This document shows positions 37,931 through 45,911 of a stretch of DNA of 64,000 nt, piece by piece. The stretch spans positions 7,591 to 71,590 of the forward strand of contig CAZVYO010000011.1 in NCBI GenBank assembly GCA_964631155.1, in the 5' to 3' direction. The position numbers were made by a program, and so were the translations under genes. The stretch comes from an uncultured Flavobacteriaceae bacterium (GTDB taxonomy: Bacteria; Bacteroidota; Bacteroidia; Flavobacteriales; Flavobacteriaceae). How positions within the stretch are numbered: the stretch's first letter is position 1; each line of letters begins with the position of its first letter. The notes beneath the pieces are model-generated. The model was not told the origin of the DNA, searched no databases, and worked only from the letters and a program-made list of their open reading frames with translations.

Positions 37931-39025
37931 ATGAAAGTCACACTCAGAGAACGAAAGAAAAACGGAAAAATAGCCCTATACCTTGACTACTATAATAAAG
38001 GCAAACGCAAGACTGAGTACCTCAGCTTGTATCTTATTCAGAATCCTAAAACGAAGAACGAGCGCAACGTCAATAAGAAAACACGCGAGTTAGCAGAAAC
38101 TATCTGGGCGCAACGACAAGTTGAAATCCAACAAGGTCAATACGGTTTTAATGATATTGAGAAACTTAAAGGTAGTTTCACAACTTATATAACCGCTCTT
38201 GCAGAAAAGAAAAATACCAGCTCTGGCAACTATGGTAATTGGTATAGTATGCTTAAACACTTTAAGGCGTATCGACCAACAGACATTACTTTTCAAGACC
38301 TTGATAAAGAGTTTGTAGAAGGCTTTAAAGATTATTTGGACAAAAAGGCAATTGGTAGAGCAAACAAACCGCTATCCCAAAACTCTAAGTATTCCTATTA
38401 CGGCAAGTTTACCGCAGCTTTAAAACAAGCAGTTGCAGATGGTATTTTAAAATCCAATCCTGCAAACGGTGTTTCACATTTCAAACAAGGCGAACCACAG
38501 CGCGAGTTCCTCACGCTGGAAGAACTTCAAAAAGCAGTAAATACAGATTGTGAATTGCCACAGCTCAAAAAGGCTTTCATATTCTCTGCGCTTACTGGTT
38601 TACGCTGGTCAGATATTGAAAAAATGAAATGGTCAGAAATACAGCATTCCAATGAAAGAGGTTACTACGTGCGTTTTAGGCAAAAGAAAACCAAAGGTGC
38701 AGAAACTCTTCCTATCTCAGACCAAGCCGTTGAATTGTTGGGCGAACGCGGTAAGGAAGATGATTTAGTTTTACCTGGCTTGCATTATAGTGCGTGGACT
38801 AATCTAAAATTACAACAATGGATGATGAATGCAGGAATAAGCAAAACAATAACGTTCCATTGCGCACGTCATACTTACGCCACTTTACAACTAACTTTAG
38901 GTACTGATATTTATACGGTTTCAAAGCTTTTAGGACATAAGGAATTGCGTACCACTCAGATTTATGCCAAGGTTATCGATGATAAAAAACGTGAAGCGTC
39001 TAACCGTATTAAACTTGATTTATAA
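37931..39025 (+). CDS. int: Tyrosine recombinase/integrase
   Basis: Arm-binding N-terminus (LYLDYY..GKRK.EYL); catalytic R (TGLRWSD), HCARH, LLGH, TQIYAK. Confidence 0.95.
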   Translation: MKVTLRERKKNGKIALYLDYYNKGKRKTEYLSLYLIQNPKTKNERNVNKKTRELAETIWAQRQVEIQQGQYGFNDIEKLKGSFTTYITALAEKKNTSSGNYGNWYSMLKHFKAYRPTDITFQDLDKEFVEGFKDYLDKKAIGRANKPLSQNSKYSYYGKFTAALKQAVADGILKSNPANGVSHFKQGEPQREFLTLEELQKAVNTDCELPQLKKAFIFSALTGLRWSDIEKMKWSEIQHSNERGYYVRFRQKKTKGAETLPISDQAVELLGERGKEDDLVLPGLHYSAWTNLKLQQWMMNAGISKTITFHCARHTYATLQLTLGTDIYTVSKLLGHKELRTTQIYAKVIDDKKREASNRIKLDL

Positions 39026-40008
39026 TGATAACAGACGTTTTCGCATCGCTTATATCAATTACCAAAGGACTGCATAGGGATAAACGAACTGACAGAGATT
39101 TCAAAGAGTTAGTCCGTAACCAAAACGTAAAACTTCAATATAAAGAAGCACCACTTTTTACAATTGAATTTGCTGAAAGGGCTTTAGGCGACAAACGCAA
39201 ATACTACAAAAACTTAATCGACCAGGAAGCCAACAAAAAATTCAATGAGATTATTTCCAGCTTTCCTACGGATGCCACCGAACCGGAACACATATTTAAC
39301 TACAAAAGGTTGTTCAGTCAGCATCACTCTAACTTTGAGCGAGTAAAAGGCTACATTGACAAGTACGAACATTCTCGAGAGTCCATCCGCAACGAGGACA
39401 CCTATATAATTCAGTATCTAAAAGCCAATATGATATGGCTGTATTTAGAGCTTCAAGAACGTTTCGGAAAATATGGCAATGAAGATATTCTCACTACAGA
39501 GGAAATCTACCAATACCACTTTGACGAAGTCTTGGACGAACTTGAAATCAAACCATCTGAAATAGGTAAATCTACAGTCAAGGAAATTACGATTGAAGCT
39601 CTATTCAACCCCATTGAAAATGACTTGTCCCACAGGCAGCCGAAGGATAAAGTAATGCCTTACAAATACATTGTTCAATATCCTAAAAGTTTAGCCAGAG
39701 CAGAACAAATGATGTTTGAAGCTGATATTATCGACAAGGATTATAATTTCATATCCAATACTAAGCGTAAAAACAAATCTGTACTTGGCATCCTCTATTT
39801 CCTGTTTATAGAGAAAGACTACTTCAACAAGGTAAAAACTGAACCTTTCAAACGGATTAAGTCAACCGACGTAGTTAGATTTCTAAATCATCGCTACAAT
39901 ACCGATGCGCGAAAGCAATTCAAAACAGCTCAGAATAAGCAAGAAGAACGGAATGACCTAATTAACTCAGAATTTATCCTCAAAAACCTACCAAATAAAA
40001 TTCGGTAA
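39025..40008 (+). CDS. Hypothetical protein coupled to the integrase
   Basis: 327-aa ORF; ATG overlaps the integrase stop (TAATG). Confidence 0.7.
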   Translation: MITDVFASLISITKGLHRDKRTDRDFKELVRNQNVKLQYKEAPLFTIEFAERALGDKRKYYKNLIDQEANKKFNEIISSFPTDATEPEHIFNYKRLFSQHHSNFERVKGYIDKYEHSRESIRNEDTYIIQYLKANMIWLYLELQERFGKYGNEDILTTEEIYQYHFDEVLDELEIKPSEIGKSTVKEITIEALFNPIENDLSHRQPKDKVMPYKYIVQYPKSLARAEQMMFEADIIDKDYNFISNTKRKNKSVLGILYFLFIEKDYFNKVKTEPFKRIKSTDVVRFLNHRYNTDARKQFKTAQNKQEERNDLINSEFILKNLPNKIR

Positions 40009-40049
40009 TACATTGGTTTAGTTCCAATTTCCATTTCCATTTATAATTG

Positions 40050-40077
40050 TAAGCCGTTGTTTTTCAACGGCTTATTT
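40050..40077 (+). terminator. Hairpin terminator flanked by TTTCCA tandem hexamers
   Basis: TAAGCCGTTG-TTTTT-CAACGGCTTA; TTTCCA repeats at ~40028-40040 and ~40081-40092. Confidence 0.6.
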
Positions 40078-40193
40078 GTGTTTCCATTTCCACAATTCGT
40101 ATCCACCCCTATTTGAAATACCTATGTACCGTCCTTGACAATCAAGGGCGACATTAGCGCTGATGTCCTTTTTCAATTTAATCCATAAAGAAA

Positions 40194-40496
40194 ATGGACT
40201 CGAATATTAAAGAACAATTAAACCGCATTGAAAAACTGCTTACAGAACAGCAGACAATGCAAAAAACGGTTCTCAATTTTAATGAAGCTTGCGCTTACTT
40301 AGAATTGTCGCAATCGCACTTGTATAAACTCACAAGTACGAGCGCAGTACCACATTACAAGCCTAACGGCAAGAAGATTTATTTCCAACGAGAGGAGCTT
40401 GACAACTGGTTGCTGCGCAACCGTATGGACTCAAGAGACGAAATCGAGCAGCAAGCTGCCGATTATCTAATCAAGAAAGGAAAGGTGCAGTTATGA
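40194..40496 (+). CDS. Excisionase-family HTH protein (HTH_17)
   Basis: VLNFNEACAYLELSQSHLYKLTS...PHYKPNGKKIYF.REEL..WL. Confidence 0.85.
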   Translation: MDSNIKEQLNRIEKLLTEQQTMQKTVLNFNEACAYLELSQSHLYKLTSTSAVPHYKPNGKKIYFQREELDNWLLRNRMDSRDEIEQQAADYLIKKGKVQL

Positions 40497-40789
40497 AAGA
40501 GATAATTGACCTTATCCTGTCGCTCTCACAGGAAATAAAAGACCTGAAAGCACGTATCGAACTCATTAGACAGTCGAGAGCTGAACTACTAAAGGATACG
40601 TGGCTTGACAATCAAGATGTGCTGCAAACCTTGCACATAAGCAAGAGAACATTACAAACCTTTCGCAAGAATGGCACTCTGCCTTACAGCAAGGTACATG
40701 GCAAATTCTACTATAAAGTTTCCGATATAGAGGAACTACTTCAGAGCAATTACTACAACCCAAATTTTAAGTGCGATGGAGTTAAGTAG
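40493..40789 (+). CDS. HTH_17 DNA-binding protein
   Basis: WLDNQDVLQTLHISKRTLQTFR.NG.LPYSK..GKFYYK. Confidence 0.85.
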   Translation: MKEIIDLILSLSQEIKDLKARIELIRQSRAELLKDTWLDNQDVLQTLHISKRTLQTFRKNGTLPYSKVHGKFYYKVSDIEELLQSNYYNPNFKCDGVK

Positions 40790-41684
40790 ACAAAACATTT
40801 TGGATAAAACACACTACGGCATAAACATTTATGCCTATGTGTTGAGACAATTCTATCCCGATACAACCGTCCTTTCCCTTTCGGGAAGGACGTGCGGGAT
40901 AACGCGCAATCCTTTTAATGCAGATAAGGAAACCTTATCGATTCGTATTGAAAAAAGTATAGCCATTCATAGCGATACTGAATACAAAAGTTTCTCAGGC
41001 GATGCCTTCGACTTTGCACAATTCTATTTTGAAACCAAAACAGAAGATGAATTACTGAGCAAGATTAACGATGCCTTGCATCTCAATCTTGCAGTTGAAG
41101 AGGAAGATGAACTTAGCTGGTTGGATGAACCGGATAACACTTGGTACACAGACTGTAGCTTTTTCAAAGCACCAGTACGTAATGTGTTTCCTTCGGAAAC
41201 CTTGCGTTTAGGCAAAATCCACCAACTGATTGTTGGTGATAAGTACAAAGCCATAACCGAGGAACTTAGGGCAATTGAGGATATTAAGGAAAAACGCAAA
41301 TTCAAAGCTAATCGCTTTGATTACGTCACTTTTTCAGGAGTGTTTGAGCGCAGAAACGATAAGTTTTTACAAAAGCATTCAAACCTTATAACGATTGATT
41401 TTGACCACTTGCAAGACTTAGAAAAAGTCAGACAGCAGCTGCTTGATGATGAATATTTCGAGACTGAAATGCTATTCATTTCGCCATCTGGCGATGGCCT
41501 AAAATGGATTGTCCGCATTGAGCTGGACGAGTTCACACATCAAGAGAACTTCTCGGCAATCACTAATTACATCAAACATACCTATAAAATTGAGGTTGAC
41601 GCATCAGGAAAAGACATTTCCAGAGCCTGTTTTTTACCGCACGATGCCAATGCCTACTTACATAAAAGACATCAATTATTATGA
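40776..41684 (+). CDS. BT4734/BF3469 family (VirE N-terminal, primase-like) protein
   Basis: FDYVTFSG.F..R, ITIDFDHL, LFISPSGDGLKWIV, DASGKDISRACFL.HD. Confidence 0.8.
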   Translation: MELSRQNILDKTHYGINIYAYVLRQFYPDTTVLSLSGRTCGITRNPFNADKETLSIRIEKSIAIHSDTEYKSFSGDAFDFAQFYFETKTEDELLSKINDALHLNLAVEEEDELSWLDEPDNTWYTDCSFFKAPVRNVFPSETLRLGKIHQLIVGDKYKAITEELRAIEDIKEKRKFKANRFDYVTFSGVFERRNDKFLQKHSNLITIDFDHLQDLEKVRQQLLDDEYFETEMLFISPSGDGLKWIVRIELDEFTHQENFSAITNYIKHTYKIEVDASGKDISRACFLPHDANAYLHKRHQLL

Positions 41685-43417
41685 AGAAGAACTTCAATCC
41701 TAAAGACTGGTTGCAACAATCCAAGGTTGTAACGCAAGCTAAAGCAACCCAAAAAACAATCGCCACGGCTGCTATCGATAACAATGATATGGAGACATAT
41801 ATCGCCGCCATTGAGCAATCTGGTACAGATATAACTGGCGATTACGCACGTTGGCGTGATATTGGTTTCGCTTTCGCGGAAGCTTACAATGAACAAGGCA
41901 GGGATTATTACCATAGGATAAGTCGCAACTATCCCGGTTATGACCAAAAGGAATGTGACGAGCAATACACTAAATGCCTAAATGCCAAAGGTCACGGTAT
42001 TACGGTGGCAACATTCTATCATTATGCACATCAAGCAGGGATAAAACCGCAACGGCCACAACCAGAGGTTGCAACCTTGCCAGTTGTAGAAGCAACCAAA
42101 GAGCAACTTCCTACGTTTCCTGATAATCTTTACGACACGATACCTGATTTTCTCAAACTGGTCATTATGCCAGCAAATGGTAATGAGGAAAGAGATATAA
42201 TGTTATTGGGAGCGCTAACTGCTTTTAGTGCCTGTTTCCCTAATCTCTTTGGCATTTATGATGAGCGTAGAATGTATAGCAATTTATACCTATTCGTTAC
42301 TGCACCTGCAAGCGCAGGAAAAGGAAAGCTCAACCAAATCAAAAAGTTGGTCGCACCTATTCACAAACTACACCGTGAACAAGCCAAAACACTTAAACAG
42401 CAATACGAGAGTGAACTTGCCACTTACAATATGAACAAGGGCAAGAATGAAAACCTTGAAAAGCCTGGTAAACCGCCAGAACGTATGCTGTTTATTCCTG
42501 CCAACAATAGTACAACTGGAGTGTATCAATTGGTTGCAGATAATGAAGGACGCGGATTGATGTTTGAAACCGAAGGCGATACGCTCGCACAAGCCTTTAA
42601 AAGTGATTACGGTAATTATAGCGATGGGTTCCGCAAAGCATTCCATCACGAGACCATAAGCTATTACCGCAGGACAGACCGTGAATATGTAGATATTGAA
42701 ATGCCTTGTTTGAGCACCGTACTTTCTGGCACGCCTAAACAAATTTCAACCCTTGTTCCCAATGCAGAAAACGGCTTGTTCAGCCGTTTCATATTCTACT
42801 ATATGAACATCAAACCAGTTTGGAAAGATGTGTTTGCCAAACGTGCTAAAGTTGGTTTAGAAGAACATTATGAGCAACTCGGTAAAGATTTTTTAGGACT
42901 ATACAGAACGCTCAAAAATAATCCACCTATTGAAGTGACGCTTTCGCGAAAGCAACAACAGCAATTCAATGAGTTCTTTGCAGCCTTGCAAACCAAATAC
43001 ATCAACCTACAACCTGAAGAATACATTGCGACGGTTAGACGCTTAGGCTTAATTGCATTTCGCTTCGCGATGCTCTTTACAGCCTTACGCATTATGGAAG
43101 ATGGCGATGTCAACGCTACCAAGCAATGTGAGGACGTAGATTTTGACAATGCGCTGGCAATGATTCAGGTATTGGTAAAACACAGCAGTAAGGTGTTCAA
43201 CGATTTACCTATGGAGCCAAAGGCTCAAAAACGGCTTAATAAAAAGGAACGATTTTTAGAAAAGCTACCTGACAAATTCGACCGACAGCAATATCTAAAA
43301 ACCGCTGATGAACTTGCTATCCCACATAAGACTGCTGAAGGTTATGTTACTGGTTTTGTCAAGTCTGGTTTGATTCACAGGGACAAGCATAATGAGTATA
43401 TAAAGCCCAGTCAGTAG
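41681..43417 (+). CDS. PriCT-2 + DUF3987 domain protein (replication/primase-associated P-loop)
   Basis: YARWRDIGFAFA...YYHRIS...Y...ECDEQY (PriCT-2-like); APASAGKG; ETEGDTL; LSGTPKQ; ENGLFSRF. Confidence 0.75.
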   Translation: MKKNFNPKDWLQQSKVVTQAKATQKTIATAAIDNNDMETYIAAIEQSGTDITGDYARWRDIGFAFAEAYNEQGRDYYHRISRNYPGYDQKECDEQYTKCLNAKGHGITVATFYHYAHQAGIKPQRPQPEVATLPVVEATKEQLPTFPDNLYDTIPDFLKLVIMPANGNEERDIMLLGALTAFSACFPNLFGIYDERRMYSNLYLFVTAPASAGKGKLNQIKKLVAPIHKLHREQAKTLKQQYESELATYNMNKGKNENLEKPGKPPERMLFIPANNSTTGVYQLVADNEGRGLMFETEGDTLAQAFKSDYGNYSDGFRKAFHHETISYYRRTDREYVDIEMPCLSTVLSGTPKQISTLVPNAENGLFSRFIFYYMNIKPVWKDVFAKRAKVGLEEHYEQLGKDFLGLYRTLKNNPPIEVTLSRKQQQQFNEFFAALQTKYINLQPEEYIATVRRLGLIAFRFAMLFTALRIMEDGDVNATKQCEDVDFDNALAMIQVLVKHSSKVFNDLPMEPKAQKRLNKKERFLEKLPDKFDRQQYLKTADELAIPHKTAEGYVTGFVKSGLIHRDKHNEYIKPSQ

Positions 43418-43422
43418 CTAAG

Positions 43423-45060
43423 TTACTTTCTGGGTTTCCTTTCCTTCAACTTAGTCTTAGGATGTTTAATTGCCCGATGAAAATTAAGCTCAAAGCGTCG
43501 TGTTTGTTTCCTAATGGTACTTCGCCCGCCGTTTAAGGGTTTCATTACCTCATTCGCTTTCATCAAGTAACTAAAGTAATTACCCCAATCATAACGTTTT
43601 TCAGGATCCTTTTTAAACTTGTTCAGATTATCAGGATCAGGTATTCGTTTTAGACGTCGTTTTCCACCTAAAAAGGTAAAACGCTTTATAAGTCTATTTT
43701 TAAACAAGCCCTTTTCACGGTGATGCGCCTTGCTTGCATAATACTTACCGCGTTTGATACTTCGTATCATACTGCGGTAATATTTTGATATACCTTGAGT
43801 CTTTACATAAACCTGGGAACCGGTATATTCAAAACCCAGGTATTCCAACTGATTATTTTTAGAATAACCATCAGTGCCTTCGGCGATACCACCTTCAAGG
43901 CCGTTACCTTGACGGTGATACCTATAAACTTGTGTTTTCTCAGGATGTATTACCAGCTTGCACTTAGTAGGATGAGCAATCTCAGCTCTAAGAAACTTAA
44001 TTGTTTCCGTTTCTTTATCTCGAGGGCATACGATAATGAGATCATCACTATAGCGCTGATAAAATCCATCATAAGCCTTCGTATATTCATACAAGGCTTC
44101 ATCAAAATCGAGCATATAAATATTGGCCAGTACGGCACTCATTGGACTGCCTTGCGGTATGCCCTTTGGTGAAAAACTACTCTTGTAAGTTCCATCGCTA
44201 CGCTCACCACGACGTTTGGACTTTACGAGATGTAGATGGTTTCTAAAAAAGTCTTTTTTGGTGCAAAAAGCAATAACCCTTTCTCGTCTAAAATTACGTC
44301 GCTTAGCGACTCGTTTTTGTTTCCACTCTATTTCATCGGGACGATTAGGCTTGTTACGCTCTACCCAGATGCTATCATAGCAAGCATTATGCAACTCATT
44401 AAGCTTTACGTACCGCTTTTTAGTCAATGATCTATACACATTATAATGATCATCAGGCATACGTAGCTGTCCTTGCTCATCGCGACAATTTAAAACGCGT
44501 TTCCATTGCCTATGTAATATTTTGTGATCCAGCTCATCAAAAAAGCTCGATACATCAGCAACAATGACACTCACTTCATTTTCATCTATTCGATTTAAGG
44601 CTTGAAAGGCATCAAACGCAAACTCAATATTTGATTTGTTCCCCTTCTGTCCTTTGTCTTTCCTTATCTTACGATAGGCAACCGCACAATGGTTAAAGGG
44701 CTTATGCCTCAAATACCACTCATAATGAACGCTCAATACATAGCTGTAGTAACTATAGATCAAGGAATCAAAATGACTGGCGTAGTATAAGGGACGGTCT
44801 TTAGGTGGCTTTTTTTCTACCCTAACCCTTTTACCGTACTCATTTTTCTCATACTTAAGTGAACCATCTTCCTGTGGCTTTTTCTCAGCAGCGCGATACT
44901 TGCGTTGTATGATAGAACGCTTAATAAGAGGTGTGAAACGGTGCTTGACGATTTTCTTTGGATTGGTCACATAAGGTACAACCCAACTCTTATCCTTTGG
45001 TTGGAGAGGTAGCCCGATATGAGCATATCGTTTAAGTTTAAACCATCTTTTAACTGCCAT
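43423..45060 (-). CDS. Defence-associated reverse transcriptase, DRT2 (UG2)-like
   Basis: RT motifs DVSSFFDELDH, GIPQGSPMSAVLANIYM, YQRYSDD, LEYLGF. The N-terminal WFK.K.Y.H, YV..P.KI.KH.F.P, RP..YASH.DS.IY and KSNIEFA blocks match my recollection of Klebsiella DRT2. No maturase X/En domain or intron flanks. Confidence 0.8.
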   Translation of the reverse strand: MAVKRWFKLKRYAHIGLPLQPKDKSWVVPYVTNPKKIVKHRFTPLIKRSIIQRKYRAAEKKPQEDGSLKYEKNEYGKRVRVEKKPPKDRPLYYASHFDSLIYSYYSYVLSVHYEWYLRHKPFNHCAVAYRKIRKDKGQKGNKSNIEFAFDAFQALNRIDENEVSVIVADVSSFFDELDHKILHRQWKRVLNCRDEQGQLRMPDDHYNVYRSLTKKRYVKLNELHNACYDSIWVERNKPNRPDEIEWKQKRVAKRRNFRRERVIAFCTKKDFFRNHLHLVKSKRRGERSDGTYKSSFSPKGIPQGSPMSAVLANIYMLDFDEALYEYTKAYDGFYQRYSDDLIIVCPRDKETETIKFLRAEIAHPTKCKLVIHPEKTQVYRYHRQGNGLEGGIAEGTDGYSKNNQLEYLGFEYTGSQVYVKTQGISKYYRSMIRSIKRGKYYASKAHHREKGLFKNRLIKRFTFLGGKRRLKRIPDPDNLNKFKKDPEKRYDWGNYFSYLMKANEVMKPLNGGRSTIRKQTRRFELNFHRAIKHPKTKLKERKPRK

Positions 45061-45075
45061 TCATAAATTAAAAAA

Positions 45076-45422
45076 AGAGCCGGCCGAGACTAAAATTGTC
45101 GCTTTTCATTTAAGTAAGGCAGTACATCGGCTTGCTGTTTTCGTTAGATAACTACTTACAGCGTCCCTCTATATTTAGAATACTTATTGCTATAGGTATA
45201 TTAGATATACTAATAAATAAAGCATCAACAGATATGACACATTTACTCATCAACAGCATTGTAAAGACCTTAATGGAATACCTCATATCTTCTTTAACGG
45301 GAAGATATGGCAGGTTCCACTTTGGAATGTACAATCAAACCACGGACCGCCCGTGGCTGGATGTAGACCTGTACTTCTACAGACCTACCAGAAATAAACG
45401 TACTTACCAGCTAACCGGCTCT
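45076..45422 (-). ncRNA. Putative DRT-associated ncRNA (~347 nt)
   Basis: Ends pair (AGAGCCGG 45076-83 / CCGGCTCT 45415-22). Hairpins at 45083-131, 45134-162, 45284-309, 45315-327, 45340-356 and 45362-381 surround an AT-rich, hairpin-poor 121-nt core (45163-283). A U7 tract follows the terminal stem, then the RT ATG. Confidence 0.75.
45165..45284 (+). other. Candidate cDNA repeat unit encoding a 40-aa Neo-like peptide
   Basis: Only one + frame is open across the core: PSIFRILIAIGILDILINKASTDMTHLLINSIVKTLMEYL (120 nt, in-frame ATGs at 45234 and 45273). Exact junction is inferred. Confidence 0.5.
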
Positions 45423-45425
45423 CAG

Positions 45426-45433
45426 CAAAGCTA
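45426..45433 (-). promoter_or_regulatory. -7 promoter element for the ncRNA-RT transcript
   Basis: TAGCTTTG on the - strand is a perfect TAnnTTTG, a few nt upstream of the predicted ncRNA 5' end. No clear -33 box. Confidence 0.6.
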
Positions 45434-45616
45434 CTCGATTTAAAATCAAATCGTTTTAGTTTTATTAACATTCTCACAGCTTATCATTTCCCTTACTTCC
45501 CCAATTCCTGATGTCATCGCATCGAGGTAACTTGTTTTCTGTTAATATCTTTTTCTTAGCCCTTTCTTGCTTTTGATTATTTTAGACAAAAATTGACAAG
45601 TCTAAATATCCCTAAT

Positions 45617-45907
45617 ATGCGGTTTGGTGAATACCTCAGGCAGTTACGTGAAGAACAAAATCTCTTACTCAGGGAAGTTTCTGCACAACTTAAAATGGAT
45701 ATGGCCTACATCAGTAAGATAGAACGTGGTACTCGCAAGGCCAGAAAGGAACAGGTTACCGCTTTTGCGAAAGCTTATAACGTAAAAAGCACCGAATTAC
45801 AAAAACGCTGGCTTGTAGACCAGATTAAGGAATTACTTAAAAACGAAAAAGACCCTATTGCCATATTAAAGGCTACAGAATCAACAATTGACAACGATAC
45901 GATTTAA
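45617..45907 (+). CDS. XRE-family HTH regulator (possible R-M controller)
   Basis: FGEYLRQLREEQNLLLREVSAQLKMDMAYISKIERG.R; immediately upstream of the R-M genes. Confidence 0.85.
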   Translation: MRFGEYLRQLREEQNLLLREVSAQLKMDMAYISKIERGTRKARKEQVTAFAKAYNVKSTELQKRWLVDQIKELLKNEKDPIAILKATESTIDNDTI

Positions 45908-45911
45908 AAAT

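Noticed and set aside
43423-45060. Group II intron or retron
   Set aside because: No intron domain V/VI or maturase/endonuclease domain and no interrupted host gene. No retron VTG motif or adjacent effector recognised. The motif blocks fit DRT2-like RTs better, though this needs a phylogeny.
45132-45443. 103-aa + strand ORF as an ordinary gene
   Set aside because: It has a TTG start, runs antisense through a highly structured region and has no recognisable family. Only its central 40 codons are kept, as a candidate cDNA-encoded repeat.
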